Below the pieces are notes generated by a model. It worked only from the letters and a program-made list of their open reading frames with translations. It was not told where the DNA came from and made no database searches. Shown here one piece after another: positions 49,704 to 57,990 of a stretch of DNA of 64,000 bases (the stretch's first letter is position 1; each line of letters begins with the position of its first letter). The translations under genes and the position numbers were made by a program. The stretch is from Candidatus Latescibacterota bacterium (lineage in GTDB: Bacteria; Latescibacterota; UBA2968; UBA8231), in NCBI GenBank assembly GCA_965204725.1, contig OZ242005.1, forward strand, positions 608,001 through 672,000, in the 5' to 3' direction.

Positions 49704-51059
49704 TCAGCAAGACGTCAAATACCTATCGATCTCCCAGCGGCTGACTTGGCTGTCGTACTCGGCCCACTCGTCGGCCTTGATCTGGAGGAACTCGTCGGCG
49801 ATAGGGCCGAGCGCGCGTTGCACCACTTCGTCTTCGCGCAGCGCGTCGAGCGCCTCGGCCAGCGACTGCGGCAAAAGCTGAATTCCGGCGGCTTGGATCT
49901 CGTCGAGGGAACGCTCGTACATGTTGCCCAGATTGGGCGCACCCGGGTCCAAGCCGCGCTCAATGCCGTCGAGCCCAGCCGCCAAATAGGCCGCCAGAGC
50001 CAAATAGGGATTGGCCGCGGCCGAGATCGTGCGGTCTTCAAAATGCCCCTCGCCCGCCGTGCGGATCATCTGCGTGCGGTTGTTGTCGCCATAGGTGATA
50101 AACGCCGGCGTCCAAGTAAAACCCGAACGGCTCGAATAGATTCCAGCACCGAGTTGCAGGCGCTTGTAACAGTTGACCGTCGGACTGGAGACCGCACACA
50201 GGGCGCGGGCGTGGTGCAAAATGCCGCCGAGGAAGTGGTAGGCCAGCGCGGAGCAGCCCAAGCCCCGCTCGTCGCCTTCGTCCAAAAAGAGATTCTCGCC
50301 CGACTGGGCGTCGGCCAGATGGTAGTGCGCGTGTAAGCCGCTGCCGGTGCGGTCGGCAAACGGCTTGGGCATGTGCGTGGCAATCGCACCGTATTTTTTG
50401 GCGATCTGGGAAGTCGCCATCTTGAAGAAGACGACGCGGTCCGAAGTCGTCAGTGCGTCGGCGTAGGCAAAGTTGACCTCAAACTGACCGTTGCCGTCCT
50501 CGTGGTCGCACTGATAGACCCCCCAGCCGAGATCATTGAGCGACGAGGTCAGCTCCTGCAAGTACGCCATGGCCGGCGACATGGAACGGAAATCGTAGCA
50601 GGGCTTGGCCAGCGAGTCCACGCCGTCTGGGTCCCAAGGCCGGATCGAGCCGCGCCGCCGCACCACGAGAAAGTGCTCTGGCTCCATGCCTACATTGAAG
50701 ACATAGCCTTGTTGCTCGGCGGCGGCGAGCACGCGCTTGAGGTTGGTGCGCGCACAATAGGGATGGGATTCCCCTTCGACGAAGAGGTCGCTGGCAAAGC
50801 GCACCGTGTTCGGCTGCCAAGACAGGCGCGCGTACGAATTGAGGTCGATCCGCGCCATCATATCGTGCGAGTGCGGCCCCTGTCCCAAGCCCCAAATAGA
50901 CGCGCCGGCAAAACCCGCGCCTTCGTCCATCGCGTCGTCGAATGCGGTCACCGGCACCATCTTCACCTTGGGTGCGCCGGTCATATCGACGAACTGTACG
51001 AGTAGAAATTCAATGCCCTCTTGGGCGAGGCGTTCTTTGATCGCAGTGCGCTCAGTCAC
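49704..51059 (-). CDS. glnT: Type III glutamate-ammonia ligase / gamma-glutamylmethylamide synthetase (GmaS)
   Basis: GAGFAG, KPCYD, YQCDHEDGNGQFEVN, MPKPF..RTGSG.H, YGDNNRT; adjacent to glxBCD and soxBDA; GTG start with AAGGAG. Confidence 0.9.
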   Translation of the reverse strand: MTERTAIKERLAQEGIEFLLVQFVDMTGAPKVKMVPVTAFDDAMDEGAGFAGASIWGLGQGPHSHDMMARIDLNSYARLSWQPNTVRFASDLFVEGESHPYCARTNLKRVLAAAEQQGYVFNVGMEPEHFLVVRRRGSIRPWDPDGVDSLAKPCYDFRSMSPAMAYLQELTSSLNDLGWGVYQCDHEDGNGQFEVNFAYADALTTSDRVVFFKMATSQIAKKYGAIATHMPKPFADRTGSGLHAHYHLADAQSGENLFLDEGDERGLGCSALAYHFLGGILHHARALCAVSSPTVNCYKRLQLGAGIYSSRSGFTWTPAFITYGDNNRTQMIRTAGEGHFEDRTISAAANPYLALAAYLAAGLDGIERGLDPGAPNLGNMYERSLDEIQAAGIQLLPQSLAEALDALREDEVVQRALGPIADEFLQIKADEWAEYDSQVSRWEIDRYLTSC

Positions 51060-52401
51060 AGCAGGCTCCTTTTGTTGGCGTGTTTCCGGGGATCCAATCC
51101 GTCCCGGCCAAAGGGATCTTGGCCATGGCCGCGGCCTCAATGGTCAGCGCCGCCAAGTCCTCTCGGTCTAGATTGTGAACGTGCGATTTGCCGCAGGCGC
51201 GGGCCATGGTCTGGCATTCCATGGTCATTACCCGCAGATAGTTGGCAAGCTGGCAGCCACCGGCCACCGGGTCGAGACGCTGGGCCAAGGCGTCGGTCTG
51301 GGTCGAGATGCCGGCCGGGTCTTGGCCGTCCTGCAAGTCGTCGTAAAAGCCAGCCGCCGAACCAATTTGGCGGTATTCAGCGTCCAAATGCGGGCTGTTG
51401 TCGCCCAGCGCAATCAACGCGGCCGTGCCAATCGAGCAGGCGTCCGCCCCCAGTGCCAGAGCTTTGGCCACATCCGCGCCGCTGCGGATGCCCCCAGACA
51501 CAATGAGCTGCACCTTGCGGTGCATATCCAACTCATCGAGTGCTTCCACCGCTTGCCGCACGGCGGGCAGGGTCGGGACCCCCACGTGCTCAATGAACAC
51601 CTCTTGGGTCGCGCCCGTGCCGCCCTGCATCCCGTCGAGGACCACCACGTCGGCACCGGCCTTGATCGCCAAAAGCGTGTCGTAGTAAGTCCGCGCCGCG
51701 CCGATCTTGATGTAGATCGGCACCTTCCAGTCGGTAATCTCGCGCAGCTCAACTATTTTGATCGCCAAGTCGTCCGGGCCGGTCCAGTCCGGGTGCCGGC
51801 AGGCCGAGCGCTGGTCGATGTCCTTGGGCAACATCCGCATCTGGGCGACGCGGTCGCTGATTTTCTGGCCCAAAAGCATGCCGCCGCCGCCGGGCTTGGC
51901 CCCTTGGCCTAGCACTATCTCAATGGCATCGGCCTTCCGCAGATCGTCGGGGTTCATGCCATAGCGCGAGGGCAGAAGCTGATAGACCAAAATCTGCGAC
52001 TGCTCGCGCTCCTCCGGCGTCATCCCGCCGTCGCCGGTCGTGGTGCTCGTGCCCACCTCGCTGGCGCCGCGGCCGAGGGCCTCTTTGGCCTGAGCCGACA
52101 GCGAACCAAAGCTCATCCCCGCGATGGTGACGGGAATGTCGAGGTGGATCGGATTTTTGGCGTAGCGCGTCCCCAGCACCACATCGGTGTCGCAACGCTC
52201 TCGGTAGCCTTCTAACGGATAGCGCGACATGCTCGCGCCCAAAAAGACCAAGTCGTCAAAATGGGGCACTCGGCGCTTGGCCCCCCAGCCGCGGATATGG
52301 TAGATCCCGGTCCGCGCCGCACGCTGGATCTCGTAGATGACGTCGCGGCCAAAGGTAGCCGATTCGCGCAGGCCCTGTTGGCTGTGGTGTGGTTGCGTCA
52401 T
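51052..52401 (-). CDS. glxD: FMN-binding glutamate synthase family / N-methylglutamate synthase subunit C
   Basis: IAGMSFGSLS, TTGDGG, GQGAKPGGGG, RHPDWTGPDDL, DGMQGGT, SGGIR. Confidence 0.92.
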   Translation of the reverse strand: MTQPHHSQQGLRESATFGRDVIYEIQRAARTGIYHIRGWGAKRRVPHFDDLVFLGASMSRYPLEGYRERCDTDVVLGTRYAKNPIHLDIPVTIAGMSFGSLSAQAKEALGRGASEVGTSTTTGDGGMTPEEREQSQILVYQLLPSRYGMNPDDLRKADAIEIVLGQGAKPGGGGMLLGQKISDRVAQMRMLPKDIDQRSACRHPDWTGPDDLAIKIVELREITDWKVPIYIKIGAARTYYDTLLAIKAGADVVVLDGMQGGTGATQEVFIEHVGVPTLPAVRQAVEALDELDMHRKVQLIVSGGIRSGADVAKALALGADACSIGTAALIALGDNSPHLDAEYRQIGSAAGFYDDLQDGQDPAGISTQTDALAQRLDPVAGGCQLANYLRVMTMECQTMARACGKSHVHNLDREDLAALTIEAAAMAKIPLAGTDWIPGNTPTKGACCD

Positions 52402-52443
52402 GATTAAGGATGAGTGGTTGGCATCCGTCCTACGCTACTAATT

Positions 52444-53142
52444 TTAGTATTGGGATGCGTTATCTATCTTGAAGTTGTATAGCTGGCGCGCCGACCCGTA
52501 GCGGCGGAACTCCTCGGGTTGCACATCAGACAAGTCCGCTCGCCCCAGCAACTCGGCCAACGCGCTTAGATGCTCGCCGCGCATGGGCTTTTCAATGCAG
52601 TCGGCCCCTAAGCCCGCGACCCGGCCGCGCACGAAAATCCGCGTTTCGTACAGGGAGTCGCCCAACGCCTCGTCGGCATCGCCGCAGACGACCAAGTTGC
52701 CGGCTTGCGCCATAAAGCAACTGCTGTGCCCGACCGAACCGCCGACCACGATGTCGATCCCCTTCATGGAGATTCCGCACCGGCTCGCCGCGTCGCCCTC
52801 AATGACCAGTAGGCCGCCGTGCCCGGTGGCCCCAGCGGACTGGCTGGCGTGGCCCTTCACTCGCACGAATCCCGACATCATGTTCTCGGCCACCCCAACC
52901 CCGACCATCCCGTGAACGGTGACGTGGGCGCGTTGGTTCATGCCGGCGCAATAGTATCCAACATGGCCTTCGATATCGATCGCCACGGGCGCATCGACTC
53001 CAGCGGCCACCGCGTGTGCCCCGCGAGGATTCAGAACCCGCCACGGCGTCTTTGCCGTCTTTTCGGTCAGGTCGTGCAGACGCTGATTGAGCTGGCGCAA
53101 CGTCCCGGTCGCCAAGTCGAACACTTCCATGCTCGTGCCCAT
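52444..53142 (-). CDS. glxC: GXGXG-domain N-methylglutamate synthase subunit B
   Basis: GHVGYYCAGMN, AENMMSG, RCGISMKG, LGDSLYE. Confidence 0.92.
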   Translation of the reverse strand: MGTSMEVFDLATGTLRQLNQRLHDLTEKTAKTPWRVLNPRGAHAVAAGVDAPVAIDIEGHVGYYCAGMNQRAHVTVHGMVGVGVAENMMSGFVRVKGHASQSAGATGHGGLLVIEGDAASRCGISMKGIDIVVGGSVGHSSCFMAQAGNLVVCGDADEALGDSLYETRIFVRGRVAGLGADCIEKPMRGEHLSALAELLGRADLSDVQPEEFRRYGSARQLYNFKIDNASQY

Positions 53143-53145
53143 TAG

Positions 53146-53955
53146 CTAGTTCCTCGCTAGCTCAGCTACAAGCGTTGAGGGCAATGTACTGTTCGAGTGA
53201 ATTCTCTTTGCTAGGAGCCGCGACTCAACCATGGCAATATATTCTTCGTTGATGTCTGATAAAATTGCGACCCGGTTGTGTTTTAGGGCAAATGCACCTG
53301 TAGTACCAGATCCACACATAGGATCATAAATTAAATCTTCTTCCTCAGTCGTCATAAAGAAAAGAGGCTCATATACCTTTAATGGTTTTTGCGACGGATG
53401 GCCTGTTTGTTCATCGCGGCCTACAAAGCCCACCAATAAGGATGATTCTATTACGCTAGTTGGGCCGGGCATATACCTTAGCTTTCCCTTGCTTAATTTT
53501 TCTTTTTGTACGTCGTTCAAAAAGTGTTCGGGATACAGCCTTACATCCCCTTGAGAAAGGTGCAGGCAAGTATTTTGACTTGAACGCCATCCTCGAATAA
53601 CAGATGGGTTATTCTTGTAATACCAAGTGAGCCATGCGACGAGTTTATACTCCGTTGGTATGCGATTAAAGTACTGAGCTACGATCTCAGGGAAACCCCA
53701 CAAAAATACGTGGTCGGATATACCAATAAGGGCTTCGAGTATGGACACAACAAAATCATTATAATCATCTCTTATTTCTCCAAAACCTTTATTGTACCAT
53801 GGGTCGAGCATTATTATACGTGGCTTGATACCAGCTAATTTAATCCATTCGATGGATTCAAATACATCCATAGGTGGTAGTATGACAACACTGCCCTTTT
53901 TGGGTTCGCCATTGTGCGTGATCTTATCGAGCTCTGTGAAAGTCATCTGATTCAC
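53146..53955 (-). CDS. Site-specific DNA amino-methyltransferase (beta class), partner of the KpnI-like enzyme
   Basis: Motif IV variant DPWY, HPSQKP, motif I DPMCGSGTT; AT-rich. Confidence 0.88.
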   Translation of the reverse strand: MNQMTFTELDKITHNGEPKKGSVVILPPMDVFESIEWIKLAGIKPRIIMLDPWYNKGFGEIRDDYNDFVVSILEALIGISDHVFLWGFPEIVAQYFNRIPTEYKLVAWLTWYYKNNPSVIRGWRSSQNTCLHLSQGDVRLYPEHFLNDVQKEKLSKGKLRYMPGPTSVIESSLLVGFVGRDEQTGHPSQKPLKVYEPLFFMTTEEEDLIYDPMCGSGTTGAFALKHNRVAILSDINEEYIAMVESRLLAKRIHSNSTLPSTLVAELARN

Positions 53956-53957
53956 AG

Positions 53958-54665
53958 CTATTCCCTTTCCAATCTTCTGTCCTTGATTTGGTATCCAAAA
54001 TAATCGGCTAAAAAAGAGAAAACAACTTTCTTTTCTTTTTCACTTGCAGCTTGAACAATAGCATAGACATTGATTTTACCAGTTTTATCATCCCAAAAAT
54101 TCTTTTTCATAACTTGATGTCGTCCACATAACACTCTCCATTGGTTTGGATCACTTGGATCGGCCTCCGTATTTATTGAGTGAGGGGCCTTGTGGTCTGG
54201 TGTGAGTTTTGCAGCACCTCCTCCGACTGGGTCTATGTCTCCGTCTTTAAGTTCGCACCGAATACCGTCCTCCTCCCATTCACAAGAGTAGTTCGCTCTC
54301 TCCAATATCTCTAACCATACTTTATCACGTGGACGAATTCTCTTGTTTATTTTTGGCCTTTTTTCAGAGGTAGGCATAAGATATTCTTGAATTTTTAAGT
54401 CACCCCGATTCCGCCATGATAAAATTGTGTATCCAGCATCAGTTCGTAACTCCGATAATCTCTGATGCCAATTTTCAGGTTCTTTTTGGGTTACCGGGTC
54501 TCTGGCTACTTCGATTATTTGTTCGCTCAATAAAATTTTTCCAAGGTTATCGAGGAAGAGAGCTTCGATTCTCTTTTTAATACTCTTCTGATTATACGAT
54601 CTTTTTACTTCACCATACATTTTTTCTGCTTCGGAATTAAAGTGGTTTTCTTTCTTCTTTTGCAT
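53958..54665 (-). CDS. KpnI-like HNH Type II restriction endonuclease
   Basis: RIEALFL.NLGK, PENWHQRLSELRTD.GYTILSWR, RANYSCEW, LTPDH..PHS, LCGRHQVMKKN match my recollection of R.KpnI; AT-rich. Confidence 0.8.
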   Translation of the reverse strand: MQKKKENHFNSEAEKMYGEVKRSYNQKSIKKRIEALFLDNLGKILLSEQIIEVARDPVTQKEPENWHQRLSELRTDAGYTILSWRNRGDLKIQEYLMPTSEKRPKINKRIRPRDKVWLEILERANYSCEWEEDGIRCELKDGDIDPVGGGAAKLTPDHKAPHSINTEADPSDPNQWRVLCGRHQVMKKNFWDDKTGKINVYAIVQAASEKEKKVVFSFLADYFGYQIKDRRLERE

Positions 54666-54709
54666 GTTATAATGTCCGAATTAGAGTTGAAGCGCAACCT
54701 GTAAGTAGA

Positions 54710-55612
54710 TCAGCCAGCCCCACCCCAAGTGTACACCTGCGCTGGCTTAGGCTCCCAGACCTCGGCGGCGTCAATCCCCGGTAAGCTCGACAGCGCTTGA
54801 AACTCGCTGGCCATCGCCACGTACGCGTCTGTCTCGGCTAGCACCGCTGGCTTGCAGGCAATCGGGTCGCGCAAGACCGCGAAGCCATCGGCCGTGCCAA
54901 TGGCAAAGGTATAGAAGCCGTCTAGCTCGTCGAGCGCGGTTCGTAGGGCCGCTTGCAAGGTATCCCCCTGCTGCATCCGCCACATCAAGTAGCCGGCGGC
55001 CACCTCGGAGTCGTTTTTCGTGCGGATTTCGATCCCGTTGCGCTGTAGGCGCGTGCGCAACCGGCTGTGGTTGCTCAGAGAGCCGTTGTGTACTAAGCAG
55101 AGGTCCATGCCCGTAGAAAAGGGATGAGAGCCGTCGGTGGTCACCGCGCTCTCAGTGGCCATGCGCGTATGACCGATGATGTGCGTACCGCGCATCCGGC
55201 GCACGCCGAAGCGATGGACGATCTCAGCGGGTGCGCCGATCTCTTTGAGGAGCTCAATGCGGCGGCCGATGCTCATTACCGTCAGGTCAGGGTCTGAGCC
55301 AGCGAGCATCTGCCCCAGCGAATCGGCGCGGGCGCGCACGGCGATGACTGCGTAGTTGGCGTTGACGTGCAGGGGGGCCTCGCAGCCAAAGCGCCGGCCG
55401 AGTTGGTCGGCTAGCCCCGGCCAGTCGTAATCGGCGGCCGTGTGCCGCAAGGTGACTTTGATAGAGCCTTCCGGCGGCTCCTCGCCATACAGCGCCAACC
55501 CTGCGCTATCCGGGCCGCGGTCGCTCATACATATCAGCATCTCGGCGAACAGCGCCCCGAGTTGGTCGGCCAAGCGGCGTTTTTTTATGTACAGCCCAAC
55601 AATGCCACACAT
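54710..55612 (-). CDS. glxB: Class II glutamine amidotransferase / N-methylglutamate synthase subunit A
   Basis: MCGIVG, RGPDSAG, GHTRMATES, HPF, VHNG.LSN, DSE, LDGFYTF. Confidence 0.92.
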   Translation of the reverse strand: MCGIVGLYIKKRRLADQLGALFAEMLICMSDRGPDSAGLALYGEEPPEGSIKVTLRHTAADYDWPGLADQLGRRFGCEAPLHVNANYAVIAVRARADSLGQMLAGSDPDLTVMSIGRRIELLKEIGAPAEIVHRFGVRRMRGTHIIGHTRMATESAVTTDGSHPFSTGMDLCLVHNGSLSNHSRLRTRLQRNGIEIRTKNDSEVAAGYLMWRMQQGDTLQAALRTALDELDGFYTFAIGTADGFAVLRDPIACKPAVLAETDAYVAMASEFQALSSLPGIDAAEVWEPKPAQVYTWGGAG

Positions 55613-55663
55613 TACGCGCCGGTCATTCTAAGAGGCCCAAATACAGTTTCAATGGTTCCGCGC

Positions 55664-56851
55664 TCAAATGACGGCAACGGCGTTCCGGGCCACCTCGTCC
55701 CAGTCCGGTTCCGCTGCGGGGCGGTCGCTCCAAGCTATCGACATCGCGCCGTCCTCTACGACGAGCGTACCGCGACAGTCCAGTTCCTCCTCGGCCGGAC
55801 GCGGTTGCACGCCCATAGCTTCAAAGACGGGGTCGTTGCCAACGGACAGGATGACCTGTGGATCGCCACCGTGAACCTCGACGCCGAAACTTTCGGCCAG
55901 TTGGGCCTGTTTGACTTGGCCGGTGATGCCGATGCCCCGCTGCCGGACAATATCGGCGGCCTGCAACGCCAAATACGGTGCCGTATTGTAGGGCTGCCCG
56001 CCGATGGCCCCGATCCATTCGAGGGTCAAAACCGGAAGGTCGAGGGCGTCGCACAGCTTCCTCAGCCCCATGATATCGTAGTCTTGCAGCGGCTCTTCGA
56101 TCCACCTGTAACGGCACTTCTCCAAGATGCGGCCGATTTTCACGGCCTCCTCAAACGTGTATGACTCGACCGGATCGTGAAAGAGCAGGATATCGTCGCC
56201 CAGCGTCTCCCGCATTTTCACGGCCATCTCCCCATTGCCTCTCACGCCCCGATACGAATGATCCTTGCAGCCGATAAATCCTTCTTCTTCCACTCGTTTG
56301 ACCGCATGGGCCACCACGTCGTCGATGGTTCGGCCGCCGACATTGCAGTAGGCGGGGACGCTTTCGCGGCCGGCCCCGAGCAGCTTGTAGATCGGGAGGC
56401 GAGCACAGCGGCTTGCCAAGTCCCACAACATCCGGTCGATGGTATCGAGCAGCCCCCTTCCCGTGTACATGAACCGCTGGGCCATCCAAAACCGCTGCCA
56501 GATGTATTCCCGGTCGAAGGCATCCACGCCGATGAGCATGTGGGCATACCGGGCCAAAAACGCCTTGGCCTGCCATTCCAATTCCCGGGGATCGAAACCC
56601 GTAGCATAGTCGGCGTACGCATCTAGTTCGCCGTCGGTCACGAGGCGGATCATCAGGCGGTACGTGGGCTCGGGTTCTGCGCCGACGAACGAAAATCCCT
56701 CGGGCGCGGCGGCCCCGAATCCTTGGTCGTGGGTAAGCAGCCCGGAGATGCCCGGCGGCACCGGGGCGATGCTTCCTCTGGCCGCGCAGCCTTCCTGCCG
56801 CGTTGCGGGTTCACCTTTCAATAGATAACACTTGACAGCGCGAATTTGCAT
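55664..56851 (-). CDS. Mandelate racemase/muconate lactonizing enzyme family
   Basis: LWDL....LPIYKLLG, KDH, HDP, WIEEP, TLE. Confidence 0.88.
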   Translation of the reverse strand: MQIRAVKCYLLKGEPATRQEGCAARGSIAPVPPGISGLLTHDQGFGAAAPEGFSFVGAEPEPTYRLMIRLVTDGELDAYADYATGFDPRELEWQAKAFLARYAHMLIGVDAFDREYIWQRFWMAQRFMYTGRGLLDTIDRMLWDLASRCARLPIYKLLGAGRESVPAYCNVGGRTIDDVVAHAVKRVEEEGFIGCKDHSYRGVRGNGEMAVKMRETLGDDILLFHDPVESYTFEEAVKIGRILEKCRYRWIEEPLQDYDIMGLRKLCDALDLPVLTLEWIGAIGGQPYNTAPYLALQAADIVRQRGIGITGQVKQAQLAESFGVEVHGGDPQVILSVGNDPVFEAMGVQPRPAEEELDCRGTLVVEDGAMSIAWSDRPAAEPDWDEVARNAVAVI

Positions 56852-56873
56852 GGCATCCTGAGCCGGTTGGGGG

Positions 56874-57953
56874 TCAGCCTCCGATCTGAATCCGTTCCGC
56901 AGTGTGCTCCTCGACCGCGGCGAGATCTACTTCCATGCCCAGTCCCGGCGCGTCGGCAATCTCGATGTACCCATCGCATATCTGTAGTGGATTCTCGATA
57001 AACGGCGCAGAGGACATGCCAGCGCTCACCTCTAAGAAGGGCGTGTTCCGGCTAGTGCCCGCGATATGCAGATGGGCGAAACCGTCGCAGAGCCCCAAAC
57101 CGTCTAGATGGCAGTAGGCCCCAAAGGCTTCGGCGCAGCGAGCGGACTTGAGCACATTCGTTAGGCCGCCGGCCCGGGTTACCTCGGTGCGCACGTGGTC
57201 GGCGGCTTGGGCCGCCATGACTTGGGCCGCTTCTATGGGACGGGACACGCCCGTGCTCGTCGGGGTATCGAGCGCCGCGGCTACCTGCCGACCGCCGGAC
57301 CTATCGCCGTCGGGACGCGGCTGGTCAAAACAGAAAAAGTCTGCGGCGTCGAGCGCCCGGCCAATCCGTATCGCTTGGTCAATGACCCACCGCGCCCGAC
57401 CGTCGAACAACAGGCAGAAATCCGGCCCTACGGCCCGGCGCACGTCGCGTATTAGGTTGACGAACGCGGCTTCGTCCAACTGAGCGTCGAATTTGTACGC
57501 CTTGAAACCTGCACGCTGCGCTTCCCGCGCTTCCTCCACGATCTCTTCCGCCGAGCTTTGCTCCGCGCCCCTCCGGCAAACCGGAATGCGATTGCGAAAG
57601 CCATTGACATACCGATGAACCGGCTGGCCAGCGGCCTTCGCCGCGAGGTCCCACAAGGCGATGTCGATACCGGCGCGCAGGGCGACCGGCACCCTTTCAT
57701 CTACTTCGTTGAACGCCAGCCATATCCGTTCGCGGTCCACGGGATTCGCCCCGAGGAGGATGGAGGCCGCTTCGGCCACATCGGCCTCAGAGAGCGGGGC
57801 CGCAACCCCGGTGCAGCGACCTTCCAACCCCGCATCGGTCAGAACGCGCAACAGACCGGCCGGCTGGTGTACGACGATTCGGGATATAATCATGGGCTTT
57901 TTAGGGATGTATCCGCTGTGAATGATCGGCGTGGAGTATAGATTGTCAGACAT
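56874..57953 (-). CDS. Mandelate racemase/muconate lactonizing enzyme family, degenerate metal site
   Basis: DIALWDLAAK, GFKAYK, FDG, FDQP, PGLG. Confidence 0.85.
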   Translation of the reverse strand: MSDNLYSTPIIHSGYIPKKPMIISRIVVHQPAGLLRVLTDAGLEGRCTGVAAPLSEADVAEAASILLGANPVDRERIWLAFNEVDERVPVALRAGIDIALWDLAAKAAGQPVHRYVNGFRNRIPVCRRGAEQSSAEEIVEEAREAQRAGFKAYKFDAQLDEAAFVNLIRDVRRAVGPDFCLLFDGRARWVIDQAIRIGRALDAADFFCFDQPRPDGDRSGGRQVAAALDTPTSTGVSRPIEAAQVMAAQAADHVRTEVTRAGGLTNVLKSARCAEAFGAYCHLDGLGLCDGFAHLHIAGTSRNTPFLEVSAGMSSAPFIENPLQICDGYIEIADAPGLGMEVDLAAVEEHTAERIQIGG

Positions 57954-57990
57954 GCGATGTCAACGCTCTATTCGACCGCACCACCCCAAA

